Below, piece after piece: positions 1 to 8,595 of a stretch of 64,000 nt of DNA. The notes under the pieces were generated by a model that ran no database searches, was not told where the DNA came from, and was given only the letters and a program-made list of their open reading frames with translations. Numbering within the stretch: position 1 is the first letter of the stretch; each line of letters opens with the position of its first letter. Location of the stretch: the IMG/VR virus record IMGVR_UViG_3300025009_000058. The stretch is one strand, 5' to 3'. Source of the DNA: a virus. Its lineage: Duplodnaviria; Heunggongvirae; Uroviricota; Caudoviricetes. The position numbers were made by a program, and so were the translations under genes.

Positions 1-697
1 TTGCAAAAGCTTGTCTGTAAGAATAAATAGTTTCAATGTCTCCAGGATTAGGCTCAATAGCTTCAATTGTCTTTGGATGACCTTTTCTTAAATACACATC
101 CCCCTTTGCGTTATTAAAAAGTAATGAGAAATACTCTCCATCAAGAAAAGCATTTTTAACAATTTCTCTTTCTTTTATTTCCATAGAATTAATTCTACGA
201 AATTCTGAAATAACTTCATTAACTTCTTTCACCGGTGTAGAAACTGTGATACCAGTACCAATAACATAATCAATATAATTATCTACTATTCCATTTATCA
301 AAGGATCTAAAGCATATTTTGTCCAACAAGCATCTTGAATCAACCATAGTTCTGAGTTTGTTAAATCAATCTCAGGAACAGAATCCATAGAGCTTAACAT
401 AATATCATTTACATCATTAAAATTCTTTGAAAACTTCTCATCTTTTACTAATTGTTTCTTAACAAATGCTGTAAGCTCTTTTTTACTATTGTCTCTCCTT
501 TCAATCTCACTAAATAAATATTCTGAATTTGAAGAAAGTATTCTAGCTTCTGCAAGTTCATTTTCAATTCGTTCTTTATGTTTCTCATAGAACAAATTAA
601 CAGCTGCTGATGCAGCTTCTTCAGAAGCTTTACTAATCTGAGTATCAATAGTTTCTTGAGTAGTAATTCTAATTTTGAACTTAAATGGATTTTTCAT
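1..697 (-). CDS. Portal (head-tail connector) protein, 5' portion. The gene continues beyond the window start.
   Basis: ATG at 697 on the minus strand. The frame stays open to position 1 (232 codons, translated by eye: MKNPFKFKIRITTQETIDTQISK...). It sits immediately after the terminase genes in transcription order. The portal call is by position and composition only. Confidence 0.45.
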   Translation of the reverse strand, partial: MKNPFKFKIRITTQETIDTQISKASEEAASAAVNLFYEKHKERIENELAEARILSSNSEYLFSEIERRDNSKKELTAFVKKQLVKDEKFSKNFNDVNDIMLSSMDSVPEIDLTNSELWLIQDACWTKYALDPLINGIVDNYIDYVIGTGITVSTPVKEVNEVISEFRRINSMEIKEREIVKNAFLDGEYFSLLFNNAKGDVYLRKGHPKTIEAIEPNPGDIETIYSYRQAFA

Positions 698-704
698 TTA
701 TATC

Positions 705-1733
705 CTATAGATACGGATTATTCAATCTAGATGATGATCTTAAATCTTGTATATCTCTTGGGTCAGTTGAGATACCATTACCATCATTAGATAATAGATA
801 GTTGTCATATTGTGCTTGAGCGTTCTTATAGAACTGGTCTTGATTCTGTTCAAATTCTTGTTCTGCTTGAGTGGTATAATACATCCTTTCATTCATTACA
901 CAATGGAATGTTGCTCCACATATAGCTTGTTCAACATCAAGTGTACCTCCAGGTGGATGATCTATTTTACCAGTAGCACCCACTTCTTGAGCATAGCTTA
1001 ATTCATCTTCAAAGTAGTCTCTATCATAGCCTACATTTTCTGAATTTGGTATATGTAATCTATCATCATAAATCAATTCTCTTAAGGTATATTGAGCTGC
1101 ATTATAGTTTCCTTCAGTTGACTTCTTTGAATAACCTAATTCATTATCATCAAGTTGTAACCAGTGTGCTGTCCTATCAATAGATAAATGACCAGCTCTA
1201 AAACCATAAGTTCTTAAAATCTGAATACTATCTAATGATTGAAATCTATCAAAAGAAATAAGACCAAAATAAAAGTGACGACGAGCTAATTCATAAATTA
1301 GCTCCCTTATTTCACCTAATATAATATCTTCACCTTTCCTTACAGTAATCCTACCCCAGAAGTCACATTTCACAACGGGTAATTTAACTTTTTCTATCTT
1401 TAATTTATCTTTATCATTAGGATTCTCAAGCCAAACTTCTCTATCAACAAAGGAAGGGACATGGCACATGGCTATACCAACAGCATCTCTATTTTGACCT
1501 AAATCTATATGCATAAAACGTCTAAATGTATCTTTGCAGATAAAATCTGGGTCAAAAGTCTTTGTAAATGGATTAAATAAATTAGGATATGGTTTCTTGC
1601 AGTCTTTTATTTTTCTTTTACGTCTGATAAAAGGATGTATACCTCTCTGGGTAATGTTTGCAATATCTCTAATGAAGTTCTCAATATTCCTTTGAGCACT
1701 AGATTGTAGTGACTTTGGTACACGAATAATCAT
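705..1733 (-). CDS. Large terminase, C-terminal nuclease-domain ORF (separate polypeptide)
   Basis: 342 aa. The RNase-H-like terminase nuclease motif I (FMHIDLGQNRDAVGIAMCHV, D...D) and a later acidic region (KIDHPPGG..DVEQA) are present. It follows the TerL ATPase ORF in the same orientation, with two genes in between. Confidence 0.55.
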   Translation of the reverse strand: MIIRVPKSLQSSAQRNIENFIRDIANITQRGIHPFIRRKRKIKDCKKPYPNLFNPFTKTFDPDFICKDTFRRFMHIDLGQNRDAVGIAMCHVPSFVDREVWLENPNDKDKLKIEKVKLPVVKCDFWGRITVRKGEDIILGEIRELIYELARRHFYFGLISFDRFQSLDSIQILRTYGFRAGHLSIDRTAHWLQLDDNELGYSKKSTEGNYNAAQYTLRELIYDDRLHIPNSENVGYDRDYFEDELSYAQEVGATGKIDHPPGGTLDVEQAICGATFHCVMNERMYYTTQAEQEFEQNQDQFYKNAQAQYDNYLLSNDGNGISTDPRDIQDLRSSSRLNNPYL

Positions 1734-1980
1734 GTTTAACTAATTCCTTTTTATTAATGGCTTTAGCTCCACGAAAAATGCAAGTATTTCTATCTGCTTC
1801 AGAAATATTAAAGTGAAACTCAACTATTTTTGTTGTTCTTTCCGGATTCACCCAGTGTGCTTTATCAGGTTCTAACCCTAAAATCTCTGCAGCAAATATT
1901 ACTAATTCTTCTGCAGACTTATCAGAGAATAGATGGGCATGAGGTTTAACAAGACCATGAATATCAGTTACATATATCAT
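1699..1980 (-). CDS. DUF4031-family protein
   Basis: 93 aa. The N-terminus MIYVTDIHGLVKPHAHLFSD...ELVIFAAEILGL resembles the DUF4031 family often found in phages. The start overlaps the upstream gene's stop. Confidence 0.5.
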   Translation of the reverse strand: MIYVTDIHGLVKPHAHLFSDKSAEELVIFAAEILGLEPDKAHWVNPERTTKIVEFHFNISEADRNTCIFRGAKAINKKELVKHDYSCTKVTTI

Positions 1981-2588
1981 TTTTTATTCCCTACTATATC
2001 TAGTAGATTAATTTGCCAACCCATGAGTAAAATTAAATTGGTTAGTGCAATTGCATCTGATAAAGCTCCATGAGGCCGATGAGTTATCTTCATAGTAGAA
2101 GTCCAAGTTGATAATTGATTGTTTACTAGTTTATTCCTTGATTCTCTACATAATTTTAATGTGTCAATATAAACATGATTAGGAGCAGTAGCACCATAAA
2201 ATTCTAGAAAAGCATGTTCAAAAGCGGCACTGTGTGCATATATTGGATGTTCTCCAAGTACTTCTTTCACTTCTTTTATGACTTCTTTGGTATTAAATGA
2301 TGGAAATCCTTTCAATAAATCAACTGATAAGCCATTTCTTTCAGCAGCTTTATCTGAGATGCTTTTAATAGAATAAAACTTATGATATACATCTTTTACT
2401 TGATTACCTATAACTTTTATAATTGCTATTTCAGCTACTTCACCTCCTACATTAGGACTCAAATTAGTAGTTTCTAAATCAACAACATTAAATGTGGGTA
2501 TGTTATGCATATCTTCCTCTTCTATGGGTTCTTCTATTAGTTTTATTAAGTCTTTCTGTAAAATCAATAATCGACTTACTTCACTCAT
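1977..2588 (-). CDS. DnaQ-like DEDDh 3'-5' exonuclease
   Basis: 203 aa. Exo I VVDLETTNL (D-x-E), Exo II YAHSAAFEHAFL and Exo III HGALSDAIALTNL (H-x4-D) are present. An ATGA start/stop overlap couples it to the upstream TerL-ATPase ORF. Confidence 0.7.
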   Translation of the reverse strand: MSEVSRLLILQKDLIKLIEEPIEEEDMHNIPTFNVVDLETTNLSPNVGGEVAEIAIIKVIGNQVKDVYHKFYSIKSISDKAAERNGLSVDLLKGFPSFNTKEVIKEVKEVLGEHPIYAHSAAFEHAFLEFYGATAPNHVYIDTLKLCRESRNKLVNNQLSTWTSTMKITHRPHGALSDAIALTNLILLMGWQINLLDIVGNKK

Positions 2589-3694
2589 TAACCTACCTTT
2601 AAGTACTTAGCAACTTTTGAAAGGTATTCAGCTTCCATTGACACAATTGGAAAGTTTGCAGCATCAGCAGCATCAAGTAATTCTATGACTTTTGGATCAG
2701 ATATAATCTCTGCATTATCAGTATCAATATAAAAATTATCTTTTTTATGGAGTTTTCCATCTTCATCATAACCTCCATTAAATTCAGGGTAAAATTTATG
2801 CCCTTTTGCTTCCCACATGGGTCTTCTTCTGTAAAAGATTCCAGAATCTGGAATAGTACCCTTTTCTTTTGCTTCCTTTACAATTTTATCATGCAATTCC
2901 ATCTGTTTATGCATAAAATCATCGGGAAAGTTTGGAGAACTAATCATACAGATCATACCTGGTAATTTACCATGTTTCATAAATCTTGAAGTCATTCTGT
3001 TGTAAATAGCATTATACATCTCTTCACAAGCATCAAAACTCCCATCAACAGTCTTATTAGAATCCTCAGTAACTTCCAAAAAAGCAGCTTCATCGATAAT
3101 ACTCCCATATAAGTTATAGCCCAATGCTGAAAGAGCAGAGCTTGTACCAGGGAAAATTGTAGTATTGTTTCTTGAGATCCGGATCTCAGTTGTAAATCTT
3201 GAATCAATAGGAAAATAGTCTTTATTAAATCCACACTGGAAGCGATTAAAGACTTCAGTGAATGTTACCTTTTTAGCTTGTTTCTCTGTGCGGTTCATAT
3301 TAATCAATGCTATAACTGAGCTTGGAGCTAAATCAAAGTAATCTTGTGGGTTATCAATCAAGGACAATTCAAACCATTGAAGCCAAGTAATAATAGAAGA
3401 CTTAGTTGTCTTACCAGAGCCGATTCCTTCCATGAAAATAACTAAGTTTACCTGTCTTTTCTTTCTCTCTTCAAACAAATCTACTATATCTTGTAAAACA
3501 CCATCATAAACTTTATCTCCAAAACCTAAAAAGTATGGATCTTTTATCAAAGTTTCAATAGGGATCTGTGCAAACTCATTAGCAATACGTTGATTCCACT
3601 CAAAAACAGCTCCAGTGGTCTTTTTATTATAATCATCTATATAGTCTTGTGCGAACTTATATAAATAATCTTGTGATTCATCTTTTTTTGCCAT
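2588..3694 (-). CDS. terL: Large terminase, ATPase-domain ORF
   Basis: 368 aa. Walker A GIGSGKTT, Walker B LYGSIIDEAAF and the coupling motif MICMISSP are typical of TerL ATPases. The ORF terminates before any nuclease domain. Confidence 0.8.
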   Translation of the reverse strand: MAKKDESQDYLYKFAQDYIDDYNKKTTGAVFEWNQRIANEFAQIPIETLIKDPYFLGFGDKVYDGVLQDIVDLFEERKKRQVNLVIFMEGIGSGKTTKSSIITWLQWFELSLIDNPQDYFDLAPSSVIALINMNRTEKQAKKVTFTEVFNRFQCGFNKDYFPIDSRFTTEIRISRNNTTIFPGTSSALSALGYNLYGSIIDEAAFLEVTEDSNKTVDGSFDACEEMYNAIYNRMTSRFMKHGKLPGMICMISSPNFPDDFMHKQMELHDKIVKEAKEKGTIPDSGIFYRRRPMWEAKGHKFYPEFNGGYDEDGKLHKKDNFYIDTDNAEIISDPKVIELLDAADAANFPIVSMEAEYLSKVAKYLKVG

Positions 3695-3945
3695 TACTTT
3701 AGCTTCTTTATTTTTATAATTGCTTGTTTTGGTATAGATGTTAATCCACTATAAGGCCTATGGTCTATTGTAGTACAACGACTTTCTGCTAAACAAATAC
3801 CTTCTTTAGTATATTCAATTAGAAAACCTACCGATTGACACTGTGATATATCAATATGACAATCTTGTTTACTCAACCAACCCGGTTGACCACTTGAATC
3901 TACCCAATCAACTAATATTAAATCATCTTTCTTAAGTTTCATCAT
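3694..3945 (-). CDS. Hypothetical protein
   Basis: 83-aa ORF translationally coupled to terL (its stop overlaps the terL start). Confidence 0.4.
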   Translation of the reverse strand: MMKLKKDDLILVDWVDSSGQPGWLSKQDCHIDISQCQSVGFLIEYTKEGICLAESRCTTIDHRPYSGLTSIPKQAIIKIKKLK

Positions 3946-3996
3946 AATCTAATTTTATCCTCCAGTGATCTGGTTTCTGATTTGTCCATTCTAGTT

Positions 3997-4215
3997 TCAT
4001 TCAAAAATCTCATTTATCCTATTTCTGATATAACTATTTTCAGGATTTGTAGGAAGATAAGTATTCCATTTTATTGGGTCATTTTCGAAAGGATTGCATC
4101 CATGTTTTTGTGCATTACTTGCCATTAACAAATTATTTGACATCCATTTACTAGCTTCATATCCTTCCAAAGTTATAACAGTTTTGTCATCTTGTTCAAT
4201 AATAATTCTTGCCAT
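3997..4215 (-). CDS. Hypothetical protein
   Basis: 72-aa ORF in the packaging module. Confidence 0.35.
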   Translation of the reverse strand: MARIIIEQDDKTVITLEGYEASKWMSNNLLMASNAQKHGCNPFENDPIKWNTYLPTNPENSYIRNRINEIFE

Positions 4216-4403
4216 TTATAGTCTCCAAGAGTTTTAAGAGCTTTTCTCAGTTATGATATATGTTTTTGGTATCCAGCCTGGTAGAGTAAAACCTTTTATT
4301 CTGGCATAGACTCTGTCACTATATTTGTGCATAATCCAACATTGAATATACACTGGTTTATAACCAGGACCGGCTAACCAAGCCGCAACATCAACATAGG
4401 TCT

Positions 4404-4610
4404 TCATACTTTCTCAGCATCTTCTTCTTTCAGAGTATACAATTTCTTGTCATACTCAAAGTCTGAGAAAGTTTTTAATCTATTTAATATGGCTTCTTTA
4501 TCAGAGCATAATCTCAGGTCAATGAAATACCATTTCCCCAGAAAACCTTTCGGCCTTTTAGCTTTGATTGCACCAAGATAATATGTTTCAGAATTCACAA
4601 CTCCAGCCAT
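4404..4610 (-). CDS. Hypothetical protein
   Basis: 68-aa ORF whose stop abuts the upstream gene's start. Confidence 0.35.
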   Translation of the reverse strand: MAGVVNSETYYLGAIKAKRPKGFLGKWYFIDLRLCSDKEAILNRLKTFSDFEYDKKLYTLKEEDAEKV

Positions 4611-4612
4611 GA

Positions 4613-5389
4613 TTACTCCACAGGAATAGCAGCTTCAACTTTTTTCAAAAATGAATTTTTCATTTGGTCTGGATCTATTTCTCCAGAATGTATTCTATCT
4701 TTATTTCTAAACGGAATGATGACTTGATTCAGAATATCGTTCATGAGGTTCTTAGCCTCTGGGCCGCGAATTCTTCCAGCAATGATCTCAAATATCTGTT
4801 GGACAAATTCTCTGACGGAGGTTGCATCGAGACGCAATTCTCGCTGTATTTTGTTTTTCAGACCCTTGGCTTTCACCAAATCAAGTGTGATACCTCTGAC
4901 AGTCTCAATTTGGTCGAGAGTCATTTCTTCACCCATTGTCATAATATAGTTTTGCAAAGCATATAGCATTTTGATCTCTGTGTCAACAGACATGAGATCT
5001 TTCTCCTCCAGCTCCTCTGCATGTTCCAATAATTCTGACATCCGTGCTGGGAGCCTGTGTGCCGTTGAAAGCTGAATATTATACAATGACCGTCGACCGT
5101 GATTCGAACATTTTCCGAATCCTTTGTGATCTGATCCCCATCCTGCAGTCAAAAGGCATGGACCATATGTTGTTCTATGGCCACAGATTTTTCTTAGTTT
5201 AACTCCTTCTGGCGATATCAACCAATGAGTGCTCTCAGCTGTATCTTCTTCAACCCGATATCCTTGGAGTTTTTTAAGTTTCCGTATGCCACTAATCTGC
5301 CTGCTAACAGTCTTTATAAATTGTCCAGGGTCATCTTTGGTCTTTGATTGTTCTGAGAGAGATCCGAGTCTTATCTGTTGTTTTGCCAT
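4613..5389 (-). CDS. Zinc-ribbon protein, possibly the small terminase subunit by position
   Basis: 258 aa with a CGHRTTYGPC...CSNHG motif and a C-terminal coiled-coil-like region. The gene is markedly GC-richer (about 45%) than its flanks (about 27%). It lies upstream of terL in the same orientation. Confidence 0.5.
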   Translation of the reverse strand: MAKQQIRLGSLSEQSKTKDDPGQFIKTVSRQISGIRKLKKLQGYRVEEDTAESTHWLISPEGVKLRKICGHRTTYGPCLLTAGWGSDHKGFGKCSNHGRRSLYNIQLSTAHRLPARMSELLEHAEELEEKDLMSVDTEIKMLYALQNYIMTMGEEMTLDQIETVRGITLDLVKAKGLKNKIQRELRLDATSVREFVQQIFEIIAGRIRGPEAKNLMNDILNQVIIPFRNKDRIHSGEIDPDQMKNSFLKKVEAAIPVE

Positions 5390-5766
5390 CTAGGATAGAT
5401 CACTTATGTTTTTACGGAAAATTAAAATGGCTTTATTTAGCCTATCCCATCTATATATGCTAAGAACTCAATCAAAGCACAGCGATACAATTTTATTATA
5501 ATTTGGGAATATGGAGATATTTGTTAGCGTATATTTTATCAATTATATAGTCCTGCTTACACTGGATTAGTTTTATGAAAATCCAAAATTAAAGGATATT
5601 CAATATCTCAGTATAATTTCAAATTGGAAGCCGCTTGCAAGTTGAGTGAAGATTTTTTAGGCATGTGAAAGACGGATGAGTCGGGTAAGTTCAAAAATTT
5701 TTTAAGAAATTTTTTGGAAGATGACTAGACTTTGAAATCGTTGCGAGTTGTTAATAGGTGGAATAA

Positions 5767-5858
5767 TTGGATGATTGGATGATTGGATATTGGCTAATCA
5801 GCTTTAGTGGCTAATCAGCTTTAGTGGCTAATCAGCTTTAGTGGCTAACCGGCTATTC
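5767..5858. repeat. Tandem repeats: (TGGATGAT)x2+TGGATAT, then a 17-mer TGGCTAATCAGCTTTAG x3 plus a degenerate fourth copy
   Basis: Read directly: ggatgattggatgattggatattggctaatcagctttagtggctaatcagctttagtggctaatcagctttagtggctaaccggctattc. It lies in a 750-bp noncoding region next to the putative terS. Confidence 0.85.
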
Positions 5859-5898
5859 CGGATACGGGCTTCTCATTGATAAAAAAAGTTGTCAATTG

Positions 5899-5917
5899 AG
5901 TTGTATTATAGTTGTCA
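5899..5917 (+). promoter_or_regulatory. Short-spacer variant of the conserved promoter-like motif, plus orientation
   Basis: gtattatagttgtcaagtg resembles GTATTATATTTGTTTTGTCAA with a shorter middle. It overlaps the palindrome TTGTCAagTGACAA and lies upstream of the plus-strand island. Confidence 0.25.
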
Positions 5918-6137
5918 AGTGACAAAGACGGAAACATGTCCACAGTAGAAATGCTTATTTTCAAGGTTATGGTGTATAGACAAGGCGACGCCCGTCATAT
6001 ATCTTTGAAACTTTTTTTGAGTTGTAATAGTTTGAGTCTTGATAGTTCACAAAATATATATTATTTATTTTTACAAAGTATTGATTTTTGTTTATACATT
6101 CATTAAGTTTCATTTAGTAATTAATTGAGATATAAAC

Positions 6138-6392
6138 ATGGAAACAATAAAAAAAGAATTTAGAATAGTTACTGCAATTGGAAACAAAATAAGATACTTT
6201 GAATCTAAAGTAACCTATGGGAGATACAAGGGTTGGACTATAGTTTTAAATCTTAATAAAACAGAAGCAACTTTAATTCATCAAAATCAAGTTTTTAGGG
6301 TTCTAATTGATGAGGTTGCAACAGCAAAATTAACATCAGGAAATAAAAGAAATAATAATCAAGACTTAAACAATCACATATTAAGAGGTTAA
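6138..6392 (+). CDS. Hypothetical protein (plus-strand island)
   Basis: 84-aa ORF, the first gene of a short plus-strand island inside the minus-strand arm. Confidence 0.45.
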   Translation: METIKKEFRIVTAIGNKIRYFESKVTYGRYKGWTIVLNLNKTEATLIHQNQVFRVLIDEVATAKLTSGNKRNNNQDLNNHILRG

Positions 6393-6518
6393 AATGAAAA
6401 TAGTTGAAGATAAGCAAGAAAATGGAGTAGGTTTATTTTTAGCAATATTAAGCGGTATTTTTTGGTTATTGGGGTGGGCATGGTATTTAAATAATGAATC
6501 ATTTAATTTTATATTTTA
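6393..6518 (+). CDS. Small membrane peptide (41 aa, single TM)
   Basis: Not in the ORF track (shorter than 60 aa). RBS AAGAGG precedes the ATG at 6393. Translation MKIVEDKQENGVGLFLAILSGIFWLLGWAWYLNNESFNFIF*. Confidence 0.35.
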
Positions 6519-6529
6519 AGGGTAATAGC

Positions 6530-6703
6530 ATGGCAAATCAAATTAATAAAAAGAAAAGTTATGTATCGGCTAATATGGTAAGGCATTCCATAGCTTTAAA
6601 TGAACAAAAAAAACCAAGTCCAATTTTTCAAACTGAGGTTAAATATAATGGTTTGAAACATGACTTAAAAAATGACATTAAACAACAAATTTATAAGTTT
6701 TAG
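6530..6703 (+). CDS. Hypothetical protein
   Basis: The track ORF 6494..6703 is trimmed to the internal Met (MANQINKK..). The RBS is weak. Confidence 0.3.
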   Translation: MANQINKKKSYVSANMVRHSIALNEQKKPSPIFQTEVKYNGLKHDLKNDIKQQIYKF

Positions 6704-6838
6704 ACTTAAGATATAACTTTATAAAAAGCAACTTTATAAAAAAATAACTTGACTTTAGTAAAAAAAGAAATTATTTTTAAACAGCTTAATTAAGGTAATT
6801 AAGCTAAAATAAAAACCAAATCAAATAGGAGTAATATT

Positions 6839-7357
6839 ATGTCAGAGCAAAAATTCAGTGATTCCGTAAACATTAACTCACGGACTTCCCAATCTTCAGA
6901 AGCTCAAAAAGCCCTTGAAGTCCCCTTTTCAACTGATGAGAGTAAGAATTTAAAAACTCACCTGCAAGCTGGAAACATTTACTTAGGCAGTTACTCAGGA
7001 ATTGGTTTAAAAAACCATTCATCAAAAATTGAGCCTTTTTCAAGTTTTAGGCACTATTGCCAAAAAAGTAAAAATTTGGGTATCTCTCAAAATCAAGTGG
7101 TAAAAGATGGCGGTTTAAACTTTGAAGCTATTCAAGAAATTGCTAACTCAAAGAAGTTTGTTTCTATTGATGGTGATATTTGCGCAGTTTCATTCGTTGA
7201 AAAAGGAAACGTTTTACTTTTCAGCTTAACCGGATTGAAAAAACGATTTTCAAAAGTTGAAACTGTTCAAAGTAAAATTGAAACCAAAGCCGAAACCAAA
7301 GCCAAAACCGAAGCTAAAACCGAAGTTAAAACCGAAGTTAAAACCGAAGCTAAGTAA
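6839..7357 (+). CDS. Hypothetical protein with a C-terminal (K/E)T(E/K)(A/V) tandem repeat
   Basis: 172 aa. A strong RBS AGGAG lies 7 nt upstream. The C-terminus is ETKAETKAKTEAKTEVKTEVKTEAK. An intrinsic terminator follows. Confidence 0.6.
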   Translation: MSEQKFSDSVNINSRTSQSSEAQKALEVPFSTDESKNLKTHLQAGNIYLGSYSGIGLKNHSSKIEPFSSFRHYCQKSKNLGISQNQVVKDGGLNFEAIQEIANSKKFVSIDGDICAVSFVEKGNVLLFSLTGLKKRFSKVETVQSKIETKAETKAKTEAKTEVKTEVKTEAK

Positions 7358-7364
7358 TAAAAAG

Positions 7365-7390
7365 AAAAGCGGACTAACAATCCGCTTTTC
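7365..7390 (+). terminator. Rho-independent terminator
   Basis: aaaagcgga-ctaacaa-tccgctttt: a 9-bp stem followed by a T tract, directly after the stop of 6839..7357. Confidence 0.7.
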
Positions 7391-7404
7391 GATGTACCTA
7401 AAAA

Positions 7405-7430
7405 AGATATTAAGGTCTTAATGTAGTTTG
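7405..7430. repeat. 26-bp direct repeat, copy 1, with an internal palindrome ATTAAGgtCTTAAT
   Basis: agatattaaggtcttaatgtagtttg. A second copy lies at 7529-7554 (one mismatch). Confidence 0.8.
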
Positions 7431-7528
7431 CGACTCCCGTGAAATTGCTTTAGATTTAAATACTTTATACTTATAGCGAATCCCGTGGAAATCGGACATT
7501 AGTATCTTATTATCCTATATGGCTAATC

Positions 7529-7554
7529 CGATATTAAGGTCTTAATATAGTTTG
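7529..7554. repeat. 26-bp direct repeat, copy 2
   Basis: cgatattaaggtcttaatatagtttg. The region between the copies also holds the imperfect repeats gactcccgtgaaattg and gaatcccgtggaaatcg. Confidence 0.8.
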
Positions 7555-7805
7555 TTGTTCATGTTGTTTCAATTGCTTTGTATATTATATACATTACAAT
7601 GTAGGGAATTGTGTATTGACAAGTGTAAAGTGGGTGGTGAATAGATAAGTATTATATTTGGTTATATAAGGTGAAATGTAAAAATTTTGTGAGAAGTATT
7701 GGGTGAGTTGTGTAATAGGTAAAATCGTAAAAGCCATATCTTATCCTTATATTATAACTACCCACTTCCATGGTGTTCGCAGGCTTATCTCTGTCCATTT
7801 GCGCG

Positions 7806-7841
7806 CATAAAAAATCCCGGATGGTTAATATGATCCGGGAT
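7806..7841 (-). terminator. Rho-independent terminator for the minus-strand gene 7876..8220
   Basis: Hairpin atcccggat-ggttaatat-gatccggga. It is followed on the minus strand by TTTTTT (plus aaaaaa at 7809-7813), 35 nt after the stop. Confidence 0.65.
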
Positions 7842-7875
7842 CAAGTCAATCATAAATAGTTAAGGAGGCTACTAA

Positions 7876-8220
7876 TTAATATCCGAGAACATATCCGGCT
7901 TTTCCATTATGACGAATAACTCTATTAGCCAATGTAGATAAAGCCATGTTCAGTTTCGATCTTTTTAATTGCAACGATTTGTTTTCTTTTGCTTCTTGAA
8001 TTGATATACCGGTGATAGCTTTAAAGTCTGCAATACTCATACCAGCAGCTTTAGCCAACGCGTAGTTATTAAAACCAATCCGGTGAAGAGCTTGAACAAA
8101 ATTCATTTTATAAAGAGGTTTTGTTCTCTTAAAGCCCTTTTTGTTCGGCGATCCTGTTTCTGATATAACGATCATTTTTAATTTGTTAATGTTATTTTGA
8201 AGTGTAGTTCTAGTAGCCAT
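7876..8220 (-). CDS. Putative DNA-binding protein (HTH-like)
   Basis: The track ORF is trimmed to the internal Met (MATRTTLQNN...), so the conserved promoter motif at 8248-8269 lies upstream rather than inside the gene. The basic region KGFKRTKPLYKMNFVQALHRIGFNNYALAKAAGMS looks HTH-like. Confidence 0.5.
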   Translation of the reverse strand: MATRTTLQNNINKLKMIVISETGSPNKKGFKRTKPLYKMNFVQALHRIGFNNYALAKAAGMSIADFKAITGISIQEAKENKSLQLKRSKLNMALSTLANRVIRHNGKAGYVLGY

Positions 8221-8247
8221 TTTAATTTCCTTAAATATTATTTTTGA

Positions 8248-8269
8248 TTGACAAAACAAATATAATACA
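8248..8269 (-). promoter_or_regulatory. Conserved promoter-like motif, copy (ttgacaaaacaaatataataca)
   Basis: 28 nt upstream of the 8220 start. Confidence 0.6.
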
Positions 8270-8274
8270 TCCGT

Positions 8275-8496
8275 TTATTTATATACTCTTTTCAACTCAA
8301 GATTAACAAATTTAATAAATGAATCAAAAGAGTCAAATCCTCTAATCTTTACTTCTTCAAGTAACTTATTTTGAAAACCATTCAAATAGTCTTCTCTCTC
8401 TGAAGTTGAAGCATAATATGATTTCTCTCTTGATGATAAAAAAGATTCAATTATATAGCCTAGAACAAAATGAGACAATAAATTTAAATTAATCAT
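8275..8496 (-). CDS. Hypothetical protein
   Basis: 73-aa ORF. Confidence 0.4.
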   Translation of the reverse strand: MINLNLLSHFVLGYIIESFLSSREKSYYASTSEREDYLNGFQNKLLEEVKIRGFDSFDSFIKFVNLELKRVYK

Positions 8497-8595
8497 CTGA
8501 ACTTCTCCTCAATTAATATTATTTTATAAAATTGATATTTCAAAATTAATATCTAAATTTTCTTTTGTCAACATTTATTTAACTTTTTATAATTT

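Noticed and set aside
705-3694. Group I intron or intein explanation for the split terminase
   Set aside because: The intervening ORFs are translationally coupled conventional genes (a DnaQ exonuclease and DUF4031) with ATGA/TAATG overlaps. There is no homing-endonuclease ORF, no intron-like structured gap and no in-frame intein signature.
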